Assembly (NCBI GenBank): GCA_020057115.1
Contig: JAGVGJ010000002.1
Location: forward strand, 857-64,856
Source of the DNA: Candidatus Omnitrophota bacterium
Lineage (GTDB): Bacteria > Omnitrophota > Gorgyraeia > 2-01-FULL-45-10
Length of the DNA stretch: 64,000 nucleotides
Reading direction: 5' to 3'
Each line of letters starts with the position of its first letter. The stretch's first letter is position 1. A model generated the notes under the pieces. The model ran no database searches. It had not been told where the DNA came from and saw nothing but the letters and a program-made list of their open reading frames with translations. Shown here one piece after another: positions 20,637 to 29,340 of the stretch. The translations under genes were made by a program, and so were the position numbers.

Positions 20637-21620
20637 ATGGACGAGGGAAGAGGGAAGAGAGAGGAAAGAGGAATAAAAAAACTTGAGGCTGTCCGGAAAA
20701 CGAACGAGGCGCTGAAAGATTCCCTCAAAAACTGCAGGATATGCCCTCGCAAATGCGGGGTCGACAGGACTACAGGCTCGCTCGGATACTGCAGAGCGGG
20801 CGCGGAACCGATCGTCTACAGCTATTCGCCGCACCTTGGCGAAGAGCCGCCCATCTCCGGGACCCGTGGGTCCGGAACCATATTTTTCAGCCACTGCAAC
20901 ATGAAGTGCGTCTATTGCCAGAACTATTACTTCAGCCAGCTTGATAAAGGCGAGAAGGTCTCCGCTGAAAGACTCTCAAGGTTCATGCTCAAGCTCCAAA
21001 ACGAGGGATGCCACAACATTAATCTCGTAACGCCTACGCATTTCATGCCCCAGATAATGACAGCGCTGGAGCTCGCGCTTAAAGAAGGCCTCAGCATACC
21101 TATTGTTTATAACACGAGCGGATACGAACTCCCGGAGACGATAAAGCTCCTGGATGGGGTAGTCGATATATACCTGCCTGACATGCGATACTCCGCTAAT
21201 GAGGCGGCCAGGATATATTCCGACGCCCCGGATTATGTTGAGCGCGACCGGGCCAGCGTAAAGGAGATGTTCCGCCAGGTCGGCGACATGTCACTTGACG
21301 ATAACGGAGTAGCGTTAAAAGGCATCATAATAAGGCTCCTGGCCCTGCCGGAAGGCGTTTCAGGCACCATTGAAAGCTTAAGATTCATAAAGAACAGCAT
21401 ATCCCCGAATACATACTTAAGCATAATGAGCCAGTATTATCCTACGTTCAAAGCCTATAGCCACAGCCCGATCTCCCGACGGATAACTGCCGCCGAATAC
21501 AAGATTATTGTTGACGAGGCACATGAGTTGGGGTTAAATAATGGATGGATACAAGAAAGCCCCGAAGAAGAAGGCGGGCGCTTCCTGGGGACTAATATTA
21601 AACCTAAGACAGAGCTATAG
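20637..21620 (+). CDS. Radical SAM protein, PflX-like
   Basis: CRICPRKC, EEPPISG, CNMKCVYCQN and HNINLVTPTH. Confidence 0.88.
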   Translation: MDEGRGKREERGIKKLEAVRKTNEALKDSLKNCRICPRKCGVDRTTGSLGYCRAGAEPIVYSYSPHLGEEPPISGTRGSGTIFFSHCNMKCVYCQNYYFSQLDKGEKVSAERLSRFMLKLQNEGCHNINLVTPTHFMPQIMTALELALKEGLSIPIVYNTSGYELPETIKLLDGVVDIYLPDMRYSANEAARIYSDAPDYVERDRASVKEMFRQVGDMSLDDNGVALKGIIIRLLALPEGVSGTIESLRFIKNSISPNTYLSIMSQYYPTFKAYSHSPISRRITAAEYKIIVDEAHELGLNNGWIQESPEEEGGRFLGTNIKPKTEL

Positions 21621-21623
21621 AAG

Positions 21624-22343
21624 ATGCCTACGAAAAAGACCTCCAAGACTAACGCAACGCAAGCGAAGCATATAGAAGCGATAACCAAGGTATCGAGGTC
21701 CATAACCTCGAACCTCTCCCTTGACGACATACTGAAACTCATAGTCACTGTCACCGCCGAAACTATGAACTCCAAGATATGCTCTCTCATGCTCTTGAAC
21801 GAAAAAGAAGGCGCGCTGGTCCTGAAAGCCACCCAGTCCATGAGCGACACATATAACAAGAAGCCGCCGCTAAAGCTCGGTGAGGGCATAGCCGGCAAGG
21901 TCGCTCTTCTGAATAAACCTATCGTGGTATACGACATATCGAAGGAATCGGAATATAAGTTCAAGGACATAGCCAAGAACGAGGGGCTGAAGTCGCTCCT
22001 ATCGGTGCCGATCGCCGTAAAGGGGCGCGTCATCGGAGCCCTCAACAACTATACGTCATTCGCGCACAAATTCACCGAAGATGAGATAAGCCTCCTTACG
22101 ACCATCGCCAATCAGGCGGCTATATTGATAGAGAACGCGGACCTCATGGTGAAGACCAGGACCATACAGGAAGAGCTTGAGACCAGGAAATTGATCGAAC
22201 GGGCCAAGGGGATACTGATGCGCGAGCAGAGCTTGAGCGAAGAAGATGCATTCCGCAAAATACAGAAGGAGAGCATGGACCTCAGGAAATCTATGCGCGA
22301 GATCGCGGAGGCCGTGATACTGATATCGAAGATGAAAAAATAG
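21624..22343 (+). CDS. GAF and ANTAR domain RNA-binding antiterminator
   Basis: GAF (GEGIAGKVA, SLLSVPI, IANQAAILIEN) plus ANTAR (RKLIERAKGILM...LSEEDAF...SMDLRKSMREIAEAVI). Confidence 0.92.
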   Translation: MPTKKTSKTNATQAKHIEAITKVSRSITSNLSLDDILKLIVTVTAETMNSKICSLMLLNEKEGALVLKATQSMSDTYNKKPPLKLGEGIAGKVALLNKPIVVYDISKESEYKFKDIAKNEGLKSLLSVPIAVKGRVIGALNNYTSFAHKFTEDEISLLTTIANQAAILIENADLMVKTRTIQEELETRKLIERAKGILMREQSLSEEDAFRKIQKESMDLRKSMREIAEAVILISKMKK

Positions 22344-22346
22344 CTC

Positions 22347-22375
22347 TTGACGAGGCCGCGCAACTATGGTATACT
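22347..22375 (+). promoter_or_regulatory. Sigma70-type promoter of the nadE-sigma unit
   Basis: TTGACG-17 nt-TATACT. Confidence 0.75.
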
Positions 22376-22388
22376 TATTATGTAATGA

Positions 22389-22489
22389 AAGACAGCGAAG
22401 TCTTCTGGCAATGATCGCCGGAAGGCTTTTTATATTTACAAGGACTCAGGCGTCCGGATCCATTGATGGATTTAGGGCGCTTTCTGTTT
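22389..22489 (+). promoter_or_regulatory. Putative ANTAR-responsive leader with two tandem terminators
   Basis: AAGAC[AGCGAA]GTCTT overlaps terminator 22398-22431; GGAC[TCAGGC]GTCC overlaps terminator 22449-22489. Confidence 0.65.
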
Positions 22490-22508
22490 ATACGATAAGG
22501 TGAATACG

Positions 22509-24188
22509 ATGGGAAAGCACATACGCATAGCGATAGCGCAGATCAATCTGACGGTCGGGGATATAGACGGCAATGTCAAGAAGATGGAGGAATACGTCCA
22601 GAAGGCCCGGACGCTTGCAGCCGACATTGTCGTATTCCCGGAGCTGGCGATACCGGGTTATCCTCCCGAGGACCTGCTGCATAAGGAGAGGTTCGTCGAT
22701 GACAATATCGCGGCGCTGAAGAAGTTCGCAAAAAGCGCGGAAGATATCCTAGTGGTTGCGGGTTTCGCCGATAAGAGGGCAGGAGATATATTCAATTCCG
22801 CGGCCGTCATATATAAAGGACATGTAAAAGGAATATATGACAAGGTATTCCTTCCGAATTACGGAGTATTTGACGAACGCAGATATTTCAAACCCGGACA
22901 GGAGGCTTCGGTCTTCAGAGCCGGGGACATGACTTTCGGGGTGAATATATGCGAGGATATATGGCATAAGGGCGGGCCGACCAAGGCGCAGGCGGCGTCC
23001 GGAGCCAGGCTTATAATAAACATAAACGCGTCTCCATATTATGCCGGAAAGACCAGGGAGAGGGAAGACGTCGTAAAAGAACGGGCGAAAGATAGCGGGG
23101 CATTCATCGTATACGCTAACCTGGTAGGAGGCCAGGACGAACTCGTATTCGACGGCCAGAGCATGGTCGTGGACAATGCGGGTAAAGTGCTGTGCCGGGC
23201 CGAGGCATTTAAAGAGGAGCTTCTGGTAGCAGATATCGAGTTGCCTGAAAACGGTTTAAAGGCAGCCGCAAAAGCGATAGTCGTAGCTGATAAAATGGAA
23301 ACCAGGACCAAGCCGTCAGCGGTCAAGAAAGATGCCAAGCCGCTTGAGCCGGTCGCTGAAGTGTATCAGGCCCTTACCGCAGGCCTTAAAGACTATGTAG
23401 CAAAGAATGGTTTTAAAAAAGTAGCCATAGGTTTAAGCGGTGGGATAGATTCGGCTTTAGTTGCCGCCATTGCCGTTGACGCGCTGGGCAAGGAGAATGT
23501 AAGCGGAGTATTTATGCCCACGCGATATTCATCCGAGGATTCTGAAATAGACGCAAAAGCGCTCGCAGCAAACTTAGGCATAAATTTCATGGATATATCC
23601 ATAGAGCACATATTCAAGATATATCTCATGACCCTTGAGCCGCATTTTGCGGGCAAAGAGCGTGACATAACGGAAGAGAACATACAGGCCAGGATAAGGG
23701 GTAATATAATGATGGCCCTCTCTAATAAATTCGGATGGCTGGTCCTGACGACAGGAAACAAGTCCGAGATGTCAACCGGCTATGCCACGCTTTATGGAGA
23801 CATGGCAGGCGGCTTCGCGGTCATAAAGGATGTCCCGAAGACGCTGGTCTATAAGCTGGCCAAATACAGGAACGGCATCTCGAAAGTCATACCGGACAGG
23901 ATCATAACAAAAGCTCCTACCGCGGAACTAAGGCCTGACCAGAAGGACCAGGACACCCTTCCGCCGTATGAGACGTTGGATGCGATATTAAAGGCATATA
24001 TAGAGGAAGACAGAGACCTTAAAGAGATAGTTGCCATGGGCTTCAATAAAGAGACAGTGCTGAAAGTCTCTAACATGGTAGATAAGAGTGAATACAAAAG
24101 GAGGCAGTCGCCTCCAGGTATTAAGATAACTCCCAAAGCATTCGGCAGGGACAGGCGGATGCCGATAACGAATAAGTACAAGCAATAA
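22509..24188 (+). CDS. nadE: Glutamine-dependent NAD+ synthetase
   Basis: Nitrilase domain (FPEL, YDK, ICED) plus GLSGGIDSA, ENIQAR and GNKSE; start 22500 or 22509. Confidence 0.93.
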   Translation: MGKHIRIAIAQINLTVGDIDGNVKKMEEYVQKARTLAADIVVFPELAIPGYPPEDLLHKERFVDDNIAALKKFAKSAEDILVVAGFADKRAGDIFNSAAVIYKGHVKGIYDKVFLPNYGVFDERRYFKPGQEASVFRAGDMTFGVNICEDIWHKGGPTKAQAASGARLIININASPYYAGKTREREDVVKERAKDSGAFIVYANLVGGQDELVFDGQSMVVDNAGKVLCRAEAFKEELLVADIELPENGLKAAAKAIVVADKMETRTKPSAVKKDAKPLEPVAEVYQALTAGLKDYVAKNGFKKVAIGLSGGIDSALVAAIAVDALGKENVSGVFMPTRYSSEDSEIDAKALAANLGINFMDISIEHIFKIYLMTLEPHFAGKERDITEENIQARIRGNIMMALSNKFGWLVLTTGNKSEMSTGYATLYGDMAGGFAVIKDVPKTLVYKLAKYRNGISKVIPDRIITKAPTAELRPDQKDQDTLPPYETLDAILKAYIEEDRDLKEIVAMGFNKETVLKVSNMVDKSEYKRRQSPPGIKITPKAFGRDRRMPITNKYKQ

Positions 24189-24212
24189 TCTATCTAAGTA
24201 AGATAGCAACAA

Positions 24213-24263
24213 GGACAAGGATGCCCTTTCATGCGCCAAGAGAAGCGCGCGAAAGGGTTTTTT
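24213..24263 (+). terminator. Attenuator-like terminator ahead of the sigma gene, overlapped by a degenerate ANTAR-like hairpin
   Basis: CCCTTTC...GAAAGGG-TTTTTT; GGAC[AAGGAT]GCCC (one mismatch) overlaps its 5' arm. Confidence 0.6.
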
Positions 24264-24286
24264 ATTTATAAGGCAGGTGATCTTCA

Positions 24287-24826
24287 ATGTATGAAACATT
24301 TGATGCAATGATGGCCAGGCTTTCACCGACACTTAAGCGGATAACGCACAGGATGAACGGCCATTTCACGTTCTTCAGTGATGACGACCTCTACCAGGAG
24401 GCTGTGATGCACCTCTGGATAGATTATCAGCATGACGTTTTGGGCGATAAGACGGATAGCTATATCCTCCAAGGGTGTTATTATTATCTGAAGAATTATC
24501 TTCGCATGACGCTTGATAAGGCAAAGATGGTAAGCCTATATAAGCTCATAGACGAAGACGACTGCACACTTGAAGATGTTATTACGATAAAAGGTAGGAC
24601 CGCCATGGATGCAGCGGAAGAGAGAATCATCGTTGATGACGCCACGCTTAATGGATTGACCGATAGGGAGAAAGAGGTGCTCACGCTCTCCATGGAGGGA
24701 TCAACAGTTCGCGAAATAGGTGAAAAACTTGGGATCTCTCATGTTATGGTAGTAAAATTAAGGGGCAAGTTGAAAGAGAAATACGCCAAGCTGAAGGGCG
24801 AACTGAAGAACGAGGTTACCAAATAG
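24287..24826 (+). CDS. Sigma70-family RNA polymerase sigma factor (ECF-like; regions 2 and 4 only)
   Basis: DDLYQEAVMHLW (region 2); LTDREKEVL...EGSTVREIGEKLGISH (region 4 HTH); 179 aa. Confidence 0.85.
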   Translation: MYETFDAMMARLSPTLKRITHRMNGHFTFFSDDDLYQEAVMHLWIDYQHDVLGDKTDSYILQGCYYYLKNYLRMTLDKAKMVSLYKLIDEDDCTLEDVITIKGRTAMDAAEERIIVDDATLNGLTDREKEVLTLSMEGSTVREIGEKLGISHVMVVKLRGKLKEKYAKLKGELKNEVTK

Positions 24827-24844
24827 CGCATATCTTTACTTGTA
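24815..24844 (+). promoter_or_regulatory. Conserved promoter-like motif GTTACC-N15-TTACTTGTA, copy 1
   Basis: Same motif and spacing at 27383 and 29157. Confidence 0.7.
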
Positions 24845-24863
24845 TAGTTGTAAAAGCTGTAAA

Positions 24864-24966
24864 ACACATTGTTGTGTAGCAAACACAGGCGTTCGTAGAT
24901 GAGAACGCCATATTTATTTAGACGGTGACGTCTTTCAATTCCATCGATGGATGAAAGACGTTTTTT
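24864..24966 (+). promoter_or_regulatory. ANTAR dual-hairpin leader and terminator(s) upstream of porin-amt-glnK
   Basis: ACAC[ATTGTT]GTGT, AAC[ACAGGC]GTT and AGAC[GGTGAC]GTCT; terminator CGTCTTTCA/TGAAAGACG-T6. Confidence 0.75.
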
Positions 24967-24995
24967 ATTTATAGTAATAAAAAAAGGGGCGTGAT

Positions 24996-25757
24996 ATGCG
25001 GGAACTTATAAACAGGATAATAATATCTAGCTTGGCGATAATGCTATCGTGCTTGGCGGTGAATGAGGCGCATTCAACGGCTTCCACGCACATATGGGCG
25101 CCATCTACTGACACTCAGGACTGGAAAACCGGACATGTCACTGCAGACATATATGTACCTGTAGAGACAAATCGCGATGGATCTAGGGCTCGAACGATCA
25201 CGGACGAGGGGCTAGAATTCGGTTTATTGCCGTTCAACAAGCTGAGGGCGGAAGCAGGTTTTGACTTTAAGACAGGATATGGCGACCTGGACAGCTGGCC
25301 AATGTACTTTAACGGAAAGCTCGCTATACCGGAAGACTCGTACGGCAAATTCTTCCCCGCAATAGCGATCGGCGTATATGACGTGGGAACAAGAAATGCG
25401 AAGACCAATTTTGATGTCTTCTATATAAAAGCGGCAAAGACCATTAAAGTGAAGGACCTTAACCTCGGCAGATTCTCTTTGGGATACTTCTGGGGCAACA
25501 ATGAACTTCTCCTTAATAAAGACGGCGCCAGGGACAATGAGGGCGTCTTCTGGGCCTGGGAGAGGACTATGACAGAGATAAACGACAAGCTGTGGGTCTG
25601 CATCGAATACCAGGCAACCGAATCTATCTATGGCGCATTCAACCTGGGCGGCTCATGGCAGTTTACGAAGAATATCTCTGTTCTCGGAGGTTATCAGTTT
25701 TATAATAACAAGAATTACGCCGATACATTCACTGTACAAGTAGACATAAACTTTTAA
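24996..25757 (+). CDS. Putative outer-membrane beta-barrel protein
   Basis: Signal peptide; alternating aromatic/Gly strands; C-terminal VQVDINF. Confidence 0.65.
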   Translation: MRELINRIIISSLAIMLSCLAVNEAHSTASTHIWAPSTDTQDWKTGHVTADIYVPVETNRDGSRARTITDEGLEFGLLPFNKLRAEAGFDFKTGYGDLDSWPMYFNGKLAIPEDSYGKFFPAIAIGVYDVGTRNAKTNFDVFYIKAAKTIKVKDLNLGRFSLGYFWGNNELLLNKDGARDNEGVFWAWERTMTEINDKLWVCIEYQATESIYGAFNLGGSWQFTKNISVLGGYQFYNNKNYADTFTVQVDINF

Positions 25758-25778
25758 CATGAAAGGAGAGTGGTTCAA

Positions 25779-27014
25779 ATGATAAATTCTGGTGATGTTG
25801 CCTGGATCTTAGTGTCAACGGCGCTTGTCATGATGATGACGGCTCCGGGCTTGGCGTTCTTTTACGGCGGCCTGGTGAGGAGAAAGAACGTGCTCGCAAC
25901 AATGATGCAATCGTTCTTTGTGTTGTGTCTGATAAGCATTCAATGGATATTGTGGGGTTACAGCCTGGCGTTCGGGCCTGACAAGGGGCATCTTATAGGA
26001 AGCCTTGCATGGTTCGGTTTAAAGGGCGTGGGAATGGCCCCTAACCCTGATTATGCCTCTACGATACCGCATCTCTTATTTATGGCATACCAGATGATGT
26101 TCGCGGTCATCACGCCCGGGCTTATCACGGGAGCTTTTGCCGAAAGGATGAAATTCTCCGGCTACGTGATATTTACCTTATTATGGGCAACGCTCGTCTA
26201 TGACCCTGTTTGCCACTGGGTGTGGGGTATGGGTGGCTGGTTAAGAAATATGGGCGCGCTCGATTTCGCCGGGGGCACGGTCGTCCATGTCTCATCCGGA
26301 ATATCAGCTCTTGTATGCGCCTTATATTTAGGTAAGAGGCGCGGCTATGGCAAAGAACCGATGCCTCCTCACAACCTTCCTCTTACGATACTGGGTGCCT
26401 CATTATTATGGTTCGGATGGTTCGGGTTTAATGCCGGCAGCGCGCTAGGGGCAAATGAGCTTGCAGTATCTGCATTTATTGCGACAAATACAGCCGCAGC
26501 TGCAGCAGCTCTTACGTGGATGTTCATAGAATGGAAGGCCATAGGTAAACCCACGATCCTAGGCGGTGCAACAGGCGCAGTTGCAGGCCTCGTCGCCATA
26601 ACGCCAGCGGCAGGTTTCGTAACGCCGCTCTCCTCCATACTTATAGGCGTAGCGGTCGCATTCGTCTGCTACGCGGCGGTCGCCATAATAAAGCTCAAGC
26701 TTGCGTATGATGATTCGCTCGACGCATTCGGCGTCCACGGTGTAGGAGGAACCCTTGGCGCGCTCCTTACAGGACTATTCGCTCAAAAGATAGTGAATCC
26801 GGCAGGCAACAACGGGCTATTCTTCGGCAATCCGGCGCAGTTCGCGATACAAGCAACCGGTGTACTGGCCACCATGGCCTATTCAATAGTAGTGACTTTC
26901 ATCCTATTGAAAGCCATTGATGCCCTTATAGGCATCAGGGTCACTGATGAGGATGAGACTGTCGGCCTCGACATAACGCAACATGAAGAGTCGGCGTATA
27001 CGCTCTTAGACTAA
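25779..27014 (+). CDS. amtB: Ammonium transporter (copy 1)
   Basis: FAERMKF, DFAGGTVVH, WFGWFGFNAGS and DDSLDAFGVHG (both conserved His present). Confidence 0.95.
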   Translation: MINSGDVAWILVSTALVMMMTAPGLAFFYGGLVRRKNVLATMMQSFFVLCLISIQWILWGYSLAFGPDKGHLIGSLAWFGLKGVGMAPNPDYASTIPHLLFMAYQMMFAVITPGLITGAFAERMKFSGYVIFTLLWATLVYDPVCHWVWGMGGWLRNMGALDFAGGTVVHVSSGISALVCALYLGKRRGYGKEPMPPHNLPLTILGASLLWFGWFGFNAGSALGANELAVSAFIATNTAAAAAALTWMFIEWKAIGKPTILGGATGAVAGLVAITPAAGFVTPLSSILIGVAVAFVCYAAVAIIKLKLAYDDSLDAFGVHGVGGTLGALLTGLFAQKIVNPAGNNGLFFGNPAQFAIQATGVLATMAYSIVVTFILLKAIDALIGIRVTDEDETVGLDITQHEESAYTLLD

Positions 27015-27031
27015 TATAAGGAGAATGATGC

Positions 27032-27373
27032 ATGAAACTCGTGATCGCAATTATACAGCCTCACAAACTGGAAGATGTCCTGCATGAGCTGGATACCAGA
27101 GAGATCTATCTTAGGACCGTCTCGAATGTCCTGGGCTGCGGCAGGCAGAAGGGGCGCACAGAAGTATATAGAGGAAGGAAAGAGACCGGCAACCTCCTCA
27201 AGAAGGTCCGCCTCGAGATCGCCGTGAACGAAAAATTCGTCACTCCTACGATCGAGGCCATAGCAAAAGGAGCCCGCACGGGAAACATAGGAGACGGTAA
27301 GATATTCGTTGTGGACCTTGGCCAATGCATAAGGATAAGGACCGGCGAAACCGACGGGGAAGCGATCGGATAA
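27032..27373 (+). CDS. glnK: PII nitrogen regulatory protein (copy 1)
   Basis: [21 protein letters not shown] and RIRTGE; adjacent to amt. Confidence 0.93.
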   Translation: MKLVIAIIQPHKLEDVLHELDTREIYLRTVSNVLGCGRQKGRTEVYRGRKETGNLLKKVRLEIAVNEKFVTPTIEAIAKGARTGNIGDGKIFVVDLGQCIRIRTGETDGEAIG

Positions 27374-27382
27374 TAATTAGTG

Positions 27383-27412
27383 GTTACCAAAAGACTACGC
27401 ATTTTACTTGTA
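27383..27412 (+). promoter_or_regulatory. Conserved promoter-like motif GTTACC-N15-TTACTTGTA, copy 2
   Basis: Ends 6 nt before the first ANTAR hairpin, consistent with a -10 element. Confidence 0.7.
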
Positions 27413-27418
27413 TATCAA

Positions 27419-27492
27419 ACACAGCGTAGTGTAGTGAAAAGAACAGAGGCGTTCAATTTGGTTTTATGACTAAATTGGGCGCCTCTTTTTTT
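27419..27492 (+). promoter_or_regulatory. ANTAR dual-hairpin leader and terminator upstream of amt2-glnK2
   Basis: ACAC[AGCGTA]GTGT and GAAC[AGAGGC]GTTC; second hairpin overlaps terminator 27445-27486 plus T-tract. Confidence 0.82.
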
Positions 27493-27544
27493 GCTCAATT
27501 TTTACTCAATTGAATACGCAGTTGAATAAAAAGAAAGGGATAAT

Positions 27545-28780
27545 ATGATCAATTCCGGAGATACTGCCTGGATCTTAGTATCGACCGCTCTTGTCATGCT
27601 GATGACGATACCCGGTTTAGCGCTATTTTACGGAGGCTTGGTCCGCAGGAAGAATGTCCTTGCCACCATGATGCAGTCATTCTTCGTATTGTGCCTGATA
27701 AGCATTCAGTGGGTACTTTTCGGCTATACGCTTTCATTCGGTCCGGACAAGGGACATATAATAGGTAACCTTGCATGGCTCGGCTTAAAAGGGGTAAGTA
27801 TCATCCCCAACGCCGATTACGCGCCCACGATACCGCACATCCTGTTCATGGCCTATCAGATGATGTTCGCGGTGATCACTCCCGGGCTCATAACAGGCGC
27901 GTTCGCTGAGAGGATGAAATTCTCAAGCTATGTGGCCTTTACCTTATTATGGGCAACACTCGTCTATAACCCCGTATGCCACTGGGTCTGGGGGACCGGA
28001 GGATGGCTCAAAACTCACGGAGTGCTCGATTTTGCAGGAGGGATAGTCGTCCACGTCACTTCGGGATTCTCGGCCCTTGCTTGCGCGCTCATCATGGGGA
28101 AGAGGCGCGGTTATGGCCGCGAGCCTATGCCGCCGCATAACCTGCCCCTTACAATAATAGGCGCAGGCCTCTTGTGGTTCGGATGGTTCGGATTTAATGC
28201 GGGCAGCGCTCTTGCGGCAAATGGCATTGCCGCAACAACATTTGTGGTAACCAATACTGCGGCTGCGGCTGCCGGGCTCACCTGGATGCTTATCGAGTGG
28301 AAAATAACGGGAAAACCCACCATACTGGGCGGGGCTACGGGGGCGGTCGCGGGACTTGCCACAATAACCCCGGCTTCAGGATTTGTCTCGCCGCTCTCCG
28401 CCATTTTAATAGGCATAGCCGCTTCCTCGATATGCTATACAGCCGTGGCTATTATCAAGCTAAAGTTCGCTTATGACGATTCATTGGATGCTTTCGGCGT
28501 CCACGGGATCGGAGGCGCGGTAGGCACGTTATCGGTAGGCCTCTTCGCGCAGAAACTTATCAACCCTTCAGGGAACGACGGGTTATTCTTCGGCAATGCT
28601 TCGCTATTCATCACGCAGGCGCTCGGAGTAATTGCGGTCATAGCTTATTCGGTAGGCCTCACGCTCATCATTTTGAAAGTCCTCGATGCGACTATAGGCT
28701 TAAGGGTGACGGATGAGGAGGAGGTTGTAGGTTTAGATATAACGCAGCATGAGGAGTCGGCGTATACTTTATTGGATTAA
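27545..28780 (+). CDS. amtB: Ammonium transporter (copy 2)
   Basis: Same Amt motifs; close paralog of copy 1. Confidence 0.95.
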   Translation: MINSGDTAWILVSTALVMLMTIPGLALFYGGLVRRKNVLATMMQSFFVLCLISIQWVLFGYTLSFGPDKGHIIGNLAWLGLKGVSIIPNADYAPTIPHILFMAYQMMFAVITPGLITGAFAERMKFSSYVAFTLLWATLVYNPVCHWVWGTGGWLKTHGVLDFAGGIVVHVTSGFSALACALIMGKRRGYGREPMPPHNLPLTIIGAGLLWFGWFGFNAGSALAANGIAATTFVVTNTAAAAAGLTWMLIEWKITGKPTILGGATGAVAGLATITPASGFVSPLSAILIGIAASSICYTAVAIIKLKFAYDDSLDAFGVHGIGGAVGTLSVGLFAQKLINPSGNDGLFFGNASLFITQALGVIAVIAYSVGLTLIILKVLDATIGLRVTDEEEVVGLDITQHEESAYTLLD

Positions 28781-28799
28781 TATATAAGGAGGATCGAAT

Positions 28800-29141
28800 A
28801 TGAAACTCGTGACCGCAATTATACAACCCCACAAGCTCGAAGACGTATTACAGGAATTGGAAAAAGCAGAGATACATCTAAAGACCGTCTCGAATGCCCT
28901 CGGATGCGGAAGGCAGAAAGGCCGCACAGAGGTATATCGCGGCAGGAAAGAGACTGGGAACCTGCTAAAAAAGATACGCCTTGAGATCGCAGTAAATGAC
29001 CAGTTCGTGCAGCAAACCATCGACGCCATCGTGAAAGGGGCCAGAACAGGCAATATCGGCGATGGGAAGATATTCGTCGTAGCGCTTGCTGAATGCGTAA
29101 GGATACGAACAGGCGAAAAAGGAGGCCAGGCGATAGGTTAG
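28800..29141 (+). CDS. glnK: PII nitrogen regulatory protein (copy 2)
   Basis: PII motifs; paralog of the 27032 gene. Confidence 0.93.
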   Translation: MKLVTAIIQPHKLEDVLQELEKAEIHLKTVSNALGCGRQKGRTEVYRGRKETGNLLKKIRLEIAVNDQFVQQTIDAIVKGARTGNIGDGKIFVVALAECVRIRTGEKGGQAIG

Positions 29142-29156
29142 TAGAACCTTTGGCTT

Positions 29157-29186
29157 GTTACCAAAAATATGTATTTTTTACTTGTA
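29157..29186 (+). promoter_or_regulatory. Conserved promoter-like motif GTTACC-N15-TTACTTGTA, copy 3
   Basis: Same spacing; overlaps a possible sigma70 promoter TTGTAA-17-TATAGT (29182-29210). Confidence 0.7.
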
Positions 29187-29217
29187 ATATCAGATGAAAA
29201 GTTGTATAGTATTTCTA

Positions 29218-29312
29218 GCACATTGCAGTGCGAAGTAAGGCGTAGACGACCAAATAGAACATTGACGTTCACTAATTATCTCGAAATGCCGAGATAATGT
29301 GAACGTTTTTTT
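29218..29312 (+). promoter_or_regulatory. ANTAR dual-hairpin leader and terminator upstream of glutamine synthetase
   Basis: GCAC[ATTGCA]GTGC and GAAC[ATTGAC]GTTC; terminator ACGTTCAC...GTGAACGT plus T-tract. Confidence 0.8.
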
Positions 29313-29340
29313 ATTTTATGGTATAATACGGGAGGTTTAA

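Noticed and set aside
29212-29260. Possible glutamine (glnA-motif) riboswitch because of GAAGTAAGG upstream of GS
   Set aside because: The GAAG E-loop partner and the CGTTG/CAACG P1 stem are absent; the ANTAR dual-hairpin model explains the region better. An Rfam scan would settle it.
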